Part shown: positions 29,318-45,869 of the stretch, in pieces
Numbering within the stretch: position 1 is the stretch's first letter
Layout of the letters: the number at the start of each line of letters is the position of its first letter
Assembly (NCBI RefSeq): GCF_009914755.1
Contig: NC_060947.1
Source: the human T2T-CHM13v2.0 reference genome, Homo sapiens
DNA length: 64,000 nt
Reading direction: 5' to 3' (one strand)
Translations under genes and position numbers: made by a program
The notes under the pieces: model-generated
Databases searched by the model: none
Seen by the model: the letters and a program-made list of their open reading frames with translations, nothing else
What the model was told of the DNA's origin: nothing

Positions 29318-30191
29318 TACCACTGGTTCTTAACACTCTTTCCTTCTTCCTTTTTTTTCTTCCATCTACAAAATTTAACTGAGTGTCTCTGACTAGCCAG
29401 GCAAGTAGTCATGACCTACGGACTGGAGGGGTGGCAGAAAACAAAACCCCTGACCTCATACCCTCACAGATATGAGGAGGAATCACACAATAAACAAAAT
29501 ATGGTATGTCAGATGGATCTGTGGTCTGTGAGAAAAAGAGGGCGAGAGGATAGCAAGTGGGGCTGGGAGCAGGGCAGCTGCGATTGCAAACAGGGTGCTC
29601 GGGGAAGGCCCCACTGAGAAAACGCTTCTTGAGTGAAGAACCTGGAAGAGATAAGGGGAGGGACCAGGTGAATGGAAATCAGAGGGCAGCGCACTCCAGA
29701 CAGAGCACCCCAAGAAAGGAGCATGGAACGCACACCCAGGAAGCGCAGGCAGGGCACCGCGGCTGCCTTGAGGGCTGATAGATGGGGAGGAGCTGAGGGA
29801 GGCGGTTGGGAAGAGGTTGCCAGAGAAGGCACAGAGGGCTGTGCCATGGAGGGCCTTGGCAGCCATTGTGAGAACTCTGCCTTTCAGTCTGAGGGGACCC
29901 ATGCAACAGGTCCCAGGAGAGGAGGAGGCCATCGTGGCAGTATGGAGCGAGCTGGTGGGGAAGGGAGAGGGGGAGGCACTGCGGGAGATCAGGCCAGAGA
30001 CATATCAGGCGGCAGTTTCACGTACAGTCTCCTCTGAGAAGAGAAACCTCTGGAGAATTCTGAGCAAAGGATTAACAATCTGCTGCTTGTTTTCAAAAGA
30101 CCATTCTGACTGCTGTGTTGGGAACAGATGGCAGTGAGGCGGGGGCAGGAACAGGGAGCCCACTTATGAGCCCGTTGCAATAAGAATCCAA

Positions 30192-31140
<949 letters not shown>

Positions 31141-32009
31141 TGGTCTGGCTATGTTTTCATGGTAGAGCCAACGGGACTCACTGACAGATGGGACATGGGG
31201 TGTGGGAGGAACGGGAATCAAGTGACTGCAGTCTCGGGTCCAAGAAATTGGAAAGCAGTGATGCCATTTCCCAGTTTGGGGAAGACTGTGGGGTGGGAGG
31301 AGGTTTCGGTGGTTAAGATCAGTTTACCAGTTTGGGACCTCATGTGATGGTTGCTGGGTGCTTTCAGAATTGAGCCCTTCCCTGAAGCTCCCCACTGGGC
31401 CCCCAGTGCTCCCAGCCTACTGTGCCTGCTGCCTGCTGCTCAGCCTCCCAGACGCTGCATCCCACCAACTCCTGAGCATCCTGCCTGTGCTGCCTGGGGT
31501 CTTTCAATTGCTCACATTTGAGCCTTAGCCCCCAGCCACTCAGTTCAATCCTTTGATACAAAACTGGCCCTGAAAGCCAATTCTCCTATTTACCATCTTA
31601 GGCTTTGCTTGTCCTTTGGGTTATTCATTTTACAAACCGTTACAGAGATCTTCTGGGGACCAGGTGCTACACAGGAGGAAGGGGGGGAAGAAGAGGGTAG
31701 AAGAGGTGGTCATGTCTCAGCTGGGTCTTTGATAATGCCCAGGAAGAGGTGGGTGGAGATGGGGAGTGGGTCCATGGGGGCTAGTAGAGGATGGCCTTTC
31801 TAAACAGAGCATGCTAAGTAAGGAGTACTAAGTCTAAGTTGCTTAGTGTGGCCAGAACCCCAAATGCCCATGGGGTGGCAATGGTCTGGACCTAGAGCAC
31901 CACAAGGAGACTGGATTTCCTACTCAAGAAACCCAGAAAGATTTTAATCAAGGGCGGAGTCTGATCAGATCTGTGTTTTAGAAATACCTTTGGGTGTCAG
32001 CATAAAAGC

Positions 32010-32900
32010 AAAGAAAGAAACCATAAAGGAAAACATTGACATTTGACTACACAAAATTTTAAAACTTCTGTACCTCAAAAAAAAAAAAAACACCATGAAA
32101 TAAGAAAAAAGGCAAAAAATAGTGGAATTTTTTGCAAAGTTTACCTACAAATGATAGATCTCGGTATATAGACAGAGCTTATAAATCAAAAAGAAGAAGG
32201 TGAAAAGCTTAGTAGAAAAATGAACATATGGCCTGTATAGACAAGTCACAAGAGAAATTTGTAAATGAGCTAGAAAAACTGTTCAGCATCACTAGTAGTC
32301 GAACAAATGCAAATGGCTGAAATAAGATACATTTTATATATCAGATTGCTAAAGTTTTAAAAATTTGTTACAGCTAGTGAGGGCTCAGGAAAAGGGCTAC
32401 CTTCATGTTACTGCTGGTAAGAGGATAAAACAGCAATGCCTTTCTGATGGGGAATTTGGCAATAGATGCAAAAACTTCTATTTTCTGAGGAGATAATCAG
32501 AGATGTAAGTAAATCTTTATTGTGTATGATGGACATTCAATGCAATGTATAACACACAACACTGCAAATTCTCTAACTAGGTTAGAAAAACCTGTACAAC
32601 TCCAAGATGATATAATAAGCAGATGAGGAGAATCAGGTTCTTAAATAATATTTCATCATGTGAGAAAACACTCATGAGCAACTGCAAAGCCAAAATGATT
32701 TTAGAACACTATGTTCTGCATGATCTCAAGTTTGTAGAAGGAATGTACATATACGGAGATGGGAAACAGATGGGAGTGATAACCCGAAATGCTAACAGAG
32801 AGACTGCTCTGGATGATGAGACTGCGAGTGATTTTCAGTCCCTTCTTTACTTTCTAATGGTTATATAATGAATATATATTACTTTTATCATAAAAAAGCA
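32010..32900 (+). mobile_element. Old L1 (L1ME-like) ORF2/3' fragment
   Basis: ccataaaggaaaacattgacatttgactacacaaaattttaaaacttctgt...gttcagcatcactagt...aaatgcaaat. Confidence 0.6.
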
Positions 32901-33960
32901 TCACAGTAGGAAGAAAGAACTCATGTAACCCATGCAAGGAGATCAGGCGGAAGGGCAGGTGTTACAATAATGACATTGGTAAGGAACTATTAAGGCCACA
33001 GGCGCATCACCAATAGCACTGCCTGCCCCCAACACTCATTTTTCCTTTCTAAGCTCTAGCCCGTTACTTTGTAGAGTCCCAAGTTTCCTCTAGCAGATAT
33101 AATAACAGATGATGGCTGATTGCTCAGGTCTTTTCCAGATTTAAAATTCCACACGTCTGCTAATATACCAATTATTTACCTTCCATTAAGGCATTGATAA
33201 TTCTGCCAAAAGATATCAAGCCCCCCTCAAAGTCAAACAGAAAAAAAAGGTGCAGTACAACAGCACTCCCTTAGATTAAACCCATTTATGAGGCAAATTC
33301 AAATGCTATAAGGATTTGGTGGTCTATTATTAACAGCAACATTTAAAAACATTCTTGAACTTCTAGCAGGCACTTTAAAATATGTGTTTTTATTACTGTA
33401 ATCTTTAAGTATATTTTCTGTGGCAGCCATTAGCCCTCCTGCTGTTAATGGATTGTCAGGATTTCCATTAGAAGTTCACTTTCTAAGAAATCTACGACTT
33501 GTCTACTATAGTTTGAATCAAGCTCATAGCTGAGAACATTCTGCCTGAGGGGATGAAAGAACTTGAATCTTTAATGATAAACAACGGTGTCGCACTTCAT
33601 AAAATGCAATATCCATGCAAAATAACTCCCAGCCTCAATTTGCCAGCTCTCTGATCTGTTTCTGGTGCATTTTGAAGGGTGGTTCCCTTGCAAAGGAGCG
33701 GAATTCAATACAGTCAGGAGACAGTTTGTAATGAGCTTCCTGGGAAGAAAAGCACTTTAGAAATATAACAAATAAGGAAGAGTATGCATGGCATTTTCCA
33801 AGAGTAAAGGTATTTAAATTCAGTCTCTCACTGTATTAAGAGGTTTCCATTTATAATGTTTTCCCTCAAGAAAATAATCCCATTTATAGTCCTGTCCATA
33901 CGAAAGTAGTTTTCTATTTCTCTCCTATGAAGTTTTCCCTTTTAAGAAGTACTTAACATC

Positions 33961-34268
33961 GGCCGGGTGCGGTGGCTCATGCCTGTTATTCCAGCACTTT
34001 AGGAGGCTGAGGCGGGCGGATCATGAGTTCAAGAGTTCGAGAGCAACCTGGCTAACATGGTGAAACCCTGTCTCTACTAAAAATACAAAAATTACCTGGG
34101 CATGGTGGCGGGTGTCTGTAATCCTAGCTACTCAGGAGGCTGAGGCAGGAGAATCACTTGAACCCAGGAGGCGGAGGTTGCAGTGAGGCGAGATCATGCC
34201 ATTGCACTCCAGCCTGGGCAACAGAGCGAGACTCCATCTCAAAAAAACAAAAACAAACAAACAAAAAC
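33961..34268 (+). mobile_element. Alu (AluS-like)
   Basis: Full dimer; 16-bp TSD agaagtacttaacatc. Confidence 0.95.
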
Positions 34269-34542
34269 CAGAAGTACTTAACATCTAGTGGGGCAATAAA
34301 TGTCTTGACAAATGCCTTTAAAGGTTTCAGTATTTCAGATCTATTCTGGTTTATCTGCCGAAAAGAAATGATAAAGTTCCTGGTACGATCTGGTTTGGTT
34401 TGGCCCTTGGGTAAGCAAGATGAAACTCAAGGAGAGAAAAGGGCCCATGCTTCAGTTCTGGCCAAATCAATAACAACTAACCCTTACACGGTGCCCGACA
34501 CAGGTGCCAGGCACTGCTCTAAGGGCGTTGAAGTGTGAGCCA

Positions 34543-34848
34543 GTCTGGGTGCGATGGCTCATGCCTATAATCCCAACACTTTGGGAGGCTGAAGTGGGAG
34601 GACCGCTTGAGTCCAGGAGTTCGAGATCAGCCTGGGCAACATAGTGTGAGACCCCCATCTCTACAAACAATTTTGAAAAACTTAGCTGGGCATGGTGGTA
34701 TGCACCTGTAGTCCCAGGTACTCAGGTTGAGTGGGGAGAGGGCCTAGGTGGGAAGATCGCTTGAGCCTGGGAGTTCAAGGTTGCAGTGACCCATGATTGT
34801 GCCACTACACTCTAGCCTGGGCAACAAAGGAAGACCCTGTCTCAAAAA
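34543..34848 (+). mobile_element. Alu (AluJ-like), probably inserted in a - strand MIR
   Basis: Full dimer; MIR-like text follows (ccccatttt...cccagagaggcaaatgaacttgcc). Confidence 0.9.
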
Positions 34849-35104
34849 ATATAGATTTTAAAAATGAAGTATGAACCAATGTAATCCTCGCAACAGCCCT
34901 ATGTGGCAGCTATGCTTACTTTCCCCATTTACTGATGCTATGACTAAGTCCCAGAGAGGCAAATGAACTTGCCTTAAGTCACCTACCCAGAGAGTGACCC
35001 CCTGCTCATGACCACCTCTCTTGTAATTAGCCAGTTGCATAATAAGAAACTTTTCATGTTTATTCACATTTTACTTGTACCTTTGTTTAAGGATAAAAAT
35101 TTGG

Positions 35105-35410
35105 GGCCGGGCGCAGTGGCTCATGCCTATAACCCCAGCACTATGGGAGGCCGAGGTGGGTGGATCACTTGAGGTCAGGTCAGGAGTTTGAGACCAGCCT
35201 GGCCAACATGGTAAAATCCCATCTCTACTAAAAATACAAAAATTAGTCGGGCATGGTGGCATATGCCTGTAGTCCCAGCTACTCAGGAGGCTGAAGCAGA
35301 AGAATCACTTGAACCCAGGAGGCAAAGTTGCAGTGAGCCGAGATTGCACCATTGCACTCCAGCCTGGGTGACAGAGCAAGACTCTGTCTTAAAAACAACA
35401 ACAACAACAA
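35105..35410 (+). mobile_element. Alu (AluS-like) with (CAA)n tail
   Basis: Full dimer; 5-bp duplication aggtcaggtcagg. Confidence 0.95.
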
Positions 35411-35577
35411 TCTTTTTTTAAAAAAAGATAAAATTTTTTAAACTGTCAAAGTCTCAGGTGGGAAATCTAATGCAGATCCACAAACTATATTTTGTAGCTC
35501 TTTTCTCAAAATCAAAAATCTTAAAAATTAGCAGTGCCTAAAATTAGGACGATTATTTAAAAAAAAAAACAAAGAAA

Positions 35578-37010
<1,433 letters not shown>

Positions 37011-37402
37011 GCATGGATACCACACTTTCTGTTTGCTGAGAAAGCCTAGAGACAGCAGTACAGTGGAGGGCTGAGAGTGCCTATCATAAATCTAGATGGC
37101 CTGGTCTCAAGCACAATTCTGGCAACTGGCATTGTCAAAGGCCTTAGAGGGATGTTGGTAGACCTCAGTTTCTCTACAGTGACACACCCCGACCAAAGGA
37201 AAATGAAGCAAAATGACTGCATCATGTGGACATTCCTATGGTGAAGGATACAGACATGACCAGGAGAAAGAGGCTAGCCCCAGGCTCCATCCTACCGCCT
37301 ACCAACTCCTGTGAGACCACGGGAAAGTTTCATCGTATAATTTTGTAGGCCTTTGTCTATATCTATATATTTATCTATAAAATGTACCTTCCTGTGTGAT
37401 TA

Positions 37403-37699
<297 letters not shown>

Positions 37700-37764
37700 T
37701 GGGTAGAATAAATGTGCAAGGACATTGAAAAAAGAATTCAACCTGCCATACAACTTTTAGACAA

Positions 37765-37820
37765 TATCATCATCATCACCTTCTTATTTACTATCATCAT
37801 CATCATCATCATCATCATCA
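37765..37820. repeat. Interrupted (ATC)n microsatellite
   Basis: Read directly. Confidence 0.9.
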
Positions 37821-37917
37821 CTACTTTCTACTCAGAGATAGCATGTAAGGGCTTCAATTTTATATTGGCATCCTTAATGTCAAATATGAGGTCACTTGGG
37901 GAGACTTAAAAGACTAT

Positions 37918-38245
37918 GGCCAGGCACTGTAATCCCAGTGGCTCATGCCTGTAATCCCAGCACCTTGGTGGGCCAAGGCAAGAGGGTCTCTTGAGCCCAG
38001 GAGTTCGAGGTTACAGTGAGTCATGATCACACCACTTCACTCCAGTCTGGGCAACAGAGTAAGACTGTATCTCTACAAAAAATTTAAAAATTAGCTGGGC
38101 ATGGTGGCACACACCTGTAGTCCCATCTATCTGGGAGGCTGAGGTGGGAGGATTGCTTGAGCCCAGAAATTTGAGGTTACAGTGAGTCATGATCATGCCA
38201 CTGCACTCCAGCCTGGGCAACAGAGTGAGACCCTGCTTTAAAAAA
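37918..38245 (+). mobile_element. Atypical AluJ-like element in which both monomers carry right-arm sequence
   Basis: TSD aaaagactat; identical gaggttacagtgagtcatgatca at 38007 and 38173. Confidence 0.9.
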
Positions 38246-38509
38246 GACTATACCACAAGGAGCAAATTCAAATATTCCCTGGGGCCAGATGGGCTGCATA
38301 AATGTGTGAGTCAGGTTAGGGGAGGGGAAAGGAGCAGCGGAGCAAGGTGTGACTATGGCAAACAAGAGCTCATGCCTTCCCTAAAATAAATTTTAAAACA
38401 TTGTTAAGGGCAAAGCACACCACGTCTGTGTACTGAATTTGATCCACCAAACACCAAGTTGTAATAAAGTCCTGTACCTAGCACCATAAGCAATAAAAGG
38501 CTAAGGCTA

Positions 38510-38543
38510 TCTATCTGCTTATCATCTATCTATCTGTCTACAT

Positions 38544-38581
<38 letters not shown>

Positions 38582-38582
38582 G
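38510..38582. repeat. (TCTA)n plus (CA)n/(CG)n compound microsatellite
   Basis: Read directly. Confidence 0.9.
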
Positions 38583-39196
38583 TATATGGGGTGGGGGATT
38601 TAGGCTTTAGCACACAAATCCTTTGCAGATGCTGGAAGGTTCTGTGAATAGGTCTTCTTCATACATCCATTCATTCATACATTCATTTAACCCAGAAACA
38701 TTTGTGGAATACCCACTATAAGTTACATACTATGCTGCATACCTATCTCATTGTACCAGAACTTGTATCTTAAATCCTTCTATTTTGTGCCTTTCCAAGT
38801 TTGGGTTGTTTGTAACAGTACTGTATTTGCCGGTAATACAGATCTTCTATTTTAAGAAATGAGTTCCAGTCCCAAATTCACAAATAAGGAATTATTATAA
38901 TAATAGCATATTCATGAAAAGCAAATTACTTATCTTGGCGTTTAACATCCTTGTAACTATTCCTGTATTTTTAACGTCAACAGAAAAAAAGTAATGTCTT
39001 AGTCTGGCTGATATGGTAAATTAATGGTAATAACAGTTTTGACACTAATAGCAAGTTTTAAAAAGAAAAACCTCCAGTCTCTAAACTGGGTTTCATTTCT
39101 TAAAAATCACCTTGGCTTGCTGTCATCAGACTCCCAAGAACAATTCCAGCTACTATTTCACCTTCACTGGGAGCCTGAAATGACTAAGGTCTATAA

Positions 39197-39778
<582 letters not shown>

Positions 39779-41417
39779 TGAGTTACTATACCAACTCTTA
39801 TCAGCAGAGACAGGTTTCTGAATCCCTGTAAACGAATGAACACCTACATGGTTTCATTAAAAACCACTAGCTGTTTCTTTAGAGCCTGGAAATTAGTTGT
39901 GAAAATGTGAACTATTAAAATACACACTAGATTAAATAGAAAATTTCATACCATATGTCATAGAGACGAGAGAACAGGGTCTGTACTTTGTCTGTTTTTA
40001 TGTTCTTCTTTATGCATAGTGCCATGCATAGACAAAAACATTAAGAAATGTACCAGGAATTAACTTATCTGAGCTGAAATTTTTAACAGGCCTGGGGAAA
40101 ATGAAAAGGAGCCCAGCCCTTGGCTCCTCCACTCTTGCCAGCTCTTTCTAGGAGTCTTTGAAGGCTCATGCAGTCCTTGTAAACCTTTCACCCCTCTCAG
40201 ACTCAGCCGATAGGACATGGTTGGCCTATAACACCCACGTCTATAATCACTTAGAGGCTGCCAGGTGTTAAGCAAAGCATCTCTCCCAACTTCCCAAACA
40301 TTGTTCTTTTTCTATTACTAATTGAGTGTTTCACTTTTAGATAATCCTATAATGAATGAGCTCAAACAAGCAGAGGTAGCAGTGACAACCCGTCAATAAA
40401 ATAATTAAGTCAAAGTGGATTTTGGTAGAGACTTCTCATATTATAATAGGAAATCCAGGCTACTTAAAATCAGAGAAATCAAATGGAATTTTTTCTTTTT
40501 GTTGTAGGAGGAAATTTTGTTTTTAGTATCTCTTTCATACAACCCTCGTCAACCCTTTAGCGTCTCTAAAGTAAACTTTTCGAATCTCTTTTACAGACCC
40601 CTCATCAACTCTCCTGATAATACTGGTATTTACTTGGGAAGGGCATGCACAATAGAAATACCAATAAAGTACCAGTGGAGGTTTCCAGAATTTTCTTTTC
40701 CCTTTCCATAGTTATCATTCAAAGTTGTTCAGATTTTAGGCAAGGAGACCCTCTACATTTCCTCTCAGTTTTAAGATTCAGATCATGTCCTCAGTCCCCA
40801 AAGACTGTTGTGCCTTATCCCAACACTTGCGTGTCATGAAAAACCAGGGGAAAATCAGGGCACGATGGGCACAGATGCAGGGCAAACTCCTACTTCTTCT
40901 CTCTCTGTCTTGCAACCAGTAAAAGAGGAGGGCTCCTCACAAGAAAAACTGACTGACAGAGTACATTTCTTTGGATTCTCCTCCCCAAAACATAAATGCC
41001 AGTAGTTGATCCAAGATCCCATGATCCATGTCTTGTAACACAAGCTCCGTGCTGCCACTAGCCCACTTCATCTGTACTCCCAAAGTTTCATCATCCCCAA
41101 CTGGGAGACTGAGATGAGCGACAGCATCAACTCCTGAAGTAAGAGACACTCAAGTGATCACCAGATGGCTTCCAAGCTCTGGATAAGAACTAGAAACTGA
41201 AACCAGACGTGGCTTTGTGTGCTACTGGGTGCCATATTGACGAGTAAAGCAGAAACTCAGTAAGGAAGTGACATGGACTTGAAGTCATTCAGGCTGATGC
41301 CTAAAGTAGAGGGCATGCAGTGGATCTGAGATAAGGGGCACCCTTGAGTGGCTCCATAAAAAGGAGGATAAACTGAAAACACTCATCATTGTGGGGTAAA
41401 GTGAAATCATTACATAC

Positions 41418-41606
41418 CCATGCTCCATCAGGTCCAAACAGTTCTAGGAAGTTGCCAATGAATTCCCTTGACTTCTCTTCCCACTTTTGAATTAGATCAT
41501 GGCTCTTTTCTTCCACTCTGTTCACAAATTCCTTTGATCTTTCCTCCACATTCTTGACTTTTTCCTTCATTTTGTCCACTTGGTTCTGGAAACGGTACCT
41601 CTTCTC
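41418..41606 (-). CDS. PCYT1B: PCYT1B exon for the membrane-binding amphipathic (M) helix [63 protein letters not shown]
   Basis: ttcaccag acceptor and gtatgt donor. 189 nt, phase 0-0. 11-residue VEERS/VEEKS/WEEKS repeats typical of CCT domain M. Confidence 0.97.
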
Positions 41607-42264
41607 CTGGTGAAAGTTTACAGGAAAAAAAAAAACAGATTTATCCAAGAGGACATGAGAGAGATCAATCATTCACATTAAAGTTCATATTTTATTCCAA
41701 TTTGTATTTGTTCCTAACCTGAAGAGTCAAGATGTTGCCATTTCCCAAGGGCTAGGTTGATGGAAAGGCACATCTCTTGTAAGAAAAGTCATCTGCCATT
41801 AATCCATTTGGATATGTAAAGGGAACTACAAGTGGTTTTAATATCTTCTTTCTTTTAAATGTCTTTGAGTTGGATTCACTTATATAAGAGGAGAATAAAA
41901 AACACACAGTTGTCTTTTGTTGTGCATAGATATTGGGCAAATAACCCCATTCAATTCTGCTGGGACTTAGACAAAAGTATGAATTGTGCACACAATGACT
42001 ATTCAGAAGCTGCCTGAGTTCGCTGTTTTACTGGGATATGGTTAAAACAATATTGCTTGAAATAAGTGGGCCATTAACTGGGCCTTAGAACCTATGTGTT
42101 ATACTAAAATTTCCACTGTAATATTTTCCACTATGCTAATTTAACTGTATTGATTTCCTTGGTGGTGATGAAAGCTTTTGTGCTGATAGTTTCTCTAGAC
42201 TCAGATTTTGTTCTTCTTATAGTCTTTCTGCAGCAATGTCTACTTATGTGCTTGGAAACCATCG

Positions 42265-42420
42265 TATGCTGGGCAAGTCACATATCACCTCTAAACCTCA
42301 GTCTTCTCATCTGTAAATTGGGGATAATAATCATCCCTACCTTAGGGTTGCTGTGACAATGCATGCAAAGTGCTTGGCACAAAGGCCAGCATTTAGTAAA
42401 TGCTCAGTGTATGTTGGCTG
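42265..42420 (+). mobile_element. MIR
   Basis: ctgggcaagtcac...cctcagtcttctcatctgtaaattggggataataat...gtaaatgctcag. Confidence 0.75.
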
Positions 42421-42535
42421 TTTCATTAGTATTAAGTGGCAGAGGCATTTGTCTGTGTTACCTGATGAGAGCAGTATTAAAACCATGAAAATAACATGTG
42501 GCTCTTCCCCCATGAAATCATGATGTTTCTCCTAA

Positions 42536-42892
<357 letters not shown>

Positions 42893-43059
42893 TGTGTTTC
42901 GGAAGTTTTTGAAACACCTGGAATATTGCAAAACTGGGTAAAGAGTCCTTGATTTCGACCTTCCAAACCTTCCTGCAGCCTCAGGCTGGGGCATGAGCTA
43001 TGTGTGTTGCTACTGAGAGCTATATATATACATATATGTGCTATGGGAGGTCACTCTGT

Positions 43060-43245
43060 CTTCCGTTACTTACTAGGTGACCTTAGGTGAGTTGTTCAAC
43101 CTCTCTGGGCCTCTGTTTCCTCATTTCTATGTTGGACATAGTCATCCTACCCACCCTTGTAGGCCCATCATGAGGATTAAATGAGATAATCCAAGTAAAA
43201 CACTTAGATGAGCATATGATGAGTTCTTGGCAAATGTTAGCTGTT
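43060..43245 (+). mobile_element. MIR
   Basis: acttactaggtgacctt...aacctctctgggcctctgtttcctcat...tgaggattaaatgagataat. Confidence 0.75.
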
Positions 43246-44302
43246 GCCTTTATATCATTCTTTTCCACAGTTCATTCTGCACTGGAAATAGTTACTATAC
43301 ATGGCTCTCAGGGCAGCACAGAATAGCTGAATGAGCACTGGGCTGGGAGTCATGAGACTGGGGAGTTGCTGCTGCCTCTACCTCTCCCTGACCTGAAGGA
43401 CCTTGGCCAGGCTCCCTTTCTGGGCTCAGCGTTCCTCATCTCTAAATTGAGGGACTTGGACTGGGTGACTGACTGGCATCAGGTCCCTGTCACCTCTGAG
43501 GTTCCGTGATTTGTCTACACGCCCATGCAACACATTAGATTTCATCTCTGAACTGCAGCCAGGTTTGTCGTCACAGGAAGGCAGTGAGTGCATCCGAACT
43601 GCCTGCACGGTTCCTTGAGCTAAGTGGCTTATCTAAACGCCGTTTAAAGAGAGTGAGCAATAACTTTTGAAAATGGCTTGACATGTTTGGATGGTTGACC
43701 GAATTCAATTTGAAAGAACAGACAGTTTAATTTATTGAAATAACCAGGGCTTTATTCTCTATCAGATACTAAATAATCACTTTGACTGAATTATGTTCAG
43801 CCACTTGTTCCGGTGCCACTCAAACCTGACATTTTCCGACATTTCCTGACATTTTGTTGCCCGGCTTATATGAAGTTACAGAGCCTAGACTCTCAACACT
43901 CCCTGCCTTGTGAGGACAACTCATGATCAACGATTCACAATTAATGAGCCCCTCCTATTTTGAAGGTACCAATGATCAATTGTGTGAGCTATTGGATAAT
44001 TATAGCTGCATGTAATTTTAAGTATCTAGCTTTGAAGATGAATCATCCTTTGAAAATACAGCGTCTATTTTGGGGGTTAGAATTCTGTATGTACGGAGGG
44101 TTCTTATTTTAATCAAAGATATCGGCACCTCACAGCCCAGGCAAATACAGTTGCTCAGAATCACTAACATCATCTCCAGCAACTGGGCTGCCCTCTTTGC
44201 TTTTTAACAGCTTGTTTTGCTTATTTTAAAGATTGTTTTTATTATTATTATTATATAAAAATGGCATCCTGAGGGAATCTAAGTCACTGTTAATGTTCTT
44301 TG

Positions 44303-44770
44303 TCTACTATAAAGACACATGCACATGTATGTTTGTTGCAGCACTATTCACAATAGCAAAGACTTGGAACCAACCCAAACGCCCATCAATGATAGACTGG
44401 ATAAAGAAAATGTGGCACATATACACCATGGAATACTATGCATACATAAAAAAGGATGAGTTCATGTCCTTTGCAGGGACGTGGATGAAGCTGGAAACCA
44501 TCATTCTCAGCAAACTAACACAGGAACAGAAAACCAAACACCGCGTGTTCTCACTCATAAGTGGGAGCTGAACAATGAGAACACATGGACATAGGGAGGG
44601 GAACATCACACACCAGGGCCTGTCAGGGGGTGGGGGGCTAGGGGAGGGATAGCATTAGGAGAAATACCTAATGTAGATGACGGGTTGATGGGTGCAGCAA
44701 ACCACCATGGCACGTGTATACCTATGTAACAAACCTGCATGTTCTGCACATGTATGCCAGAACTGAAATA
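44303..44770 (+). mobile_element. Primate L1PA 3' end (ORF2 C-terminus ...KTKHRVFSLISGS* and 3' UTR)
   Basis: ORF 44233..44571 matches the L1 ORF2 end (MFVAALFTIAKTWNQPK...WIKKMWHIYTMEYY...WMKLETIILSKL), followed by the G-rich L1 3' UTR. Confidence 0.95.
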
Positions 44771-45189
44771 TTGTTTTAACAGTTGCTCTATTATTAAACT
44801 AACAGCAGTCCTGTGGGAACAATATGGTAGAACTACAAAAGGAAGCCAAAGACTTTAGGCTTTATTTAAGCAGCTGTAATTTCTTTGGACAATGAAAAAT
44901 GGCCATTAAGGTTTCTAATGAGCATCTGTAAGGCCTTAATCAAATGAAAATTTTAAAACGTTAGAATAAAAAAGTTTCTCTGGGTTTAGCTTTCATTGCC
45001 TCTTCCCTCCTCCCTTTCCTTTCAGCAGAAGATAACTCTTGCCTTTTACAAGGGGCAGATCTCCCAGAAACCCTTCAATCAAGTCTAAAAACTCTAAAGA
45101 GAGAGTTTGGGGTAAGAGGAGGGAAGCAAGGAAGCACCTTTATAAAATGTGAAGCTCACTACCTGTGTTCTTTGGTTAATTTATGTTAC

Positions 45190-45545
45190 CCCTGTAGATA
45201 CTGGTTTTGTCATCTGTAAAATGGGGATAATAATACATCATGGGTTATTGTGTGGGTTAAATGAGAAAATAAATACAAAGCGTTAAGGACACTGCACAGG
45301 CATGGTGGCAAATGCCTGTAATCCCAGCTACTCAGGAGGCTGAGGCAGGAGGATCGCTTGAGCCCAGGAGTTCAAGACCAGTCTGGACAACATAGTGAGA
45401 CCCTGTCTCAAAAAAAAAAAAACAAGTTAAATCAAACTTAAAATATTATACACAGTGAGACCCCATCTCTACACAAAAAAAAAAAAAAGAGAGAGAGAGA
45501 GGGAGAACACTGCATAGCACTTAGTAAGTGCTCAATAAACAGCAG
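45190..45545 (+). mobile_element. MIR interrupted by an Alu monomer (45296-45425) and a duplicated Alu end (45452-45490)
   Basis: catctgtaaaatggggataataata...ttaaatgag; TSD acactgca(c/t)ag; ends gtaagtgctcaataaa. Confidence 0.75.
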
Positions 45546-45579
45546 CACTGGTGGTGGTGGTGTGGCATGGTGGTCTTCA

Positions 45580-45750
<171 letters not shown>

Positions 45751-45869
45751 TCAAGTAGAAAAGAGCGGATAGAGGAAAAATTAAGATCACCTCAGTTGAC
45801 CCATCTCCTTTAATGGTCCCCCTTTACAGGACAAAGTTGGAGCTCCTGGGTATGCCAATGAAGACTTTA

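Noticed and set aside
29411-30180. Cluster of overlapping ORFs on both strands in GC-richer DNA
   Set aside because: The region is an old L2 with few stop codons because of its base composition, and there is no protein homology.
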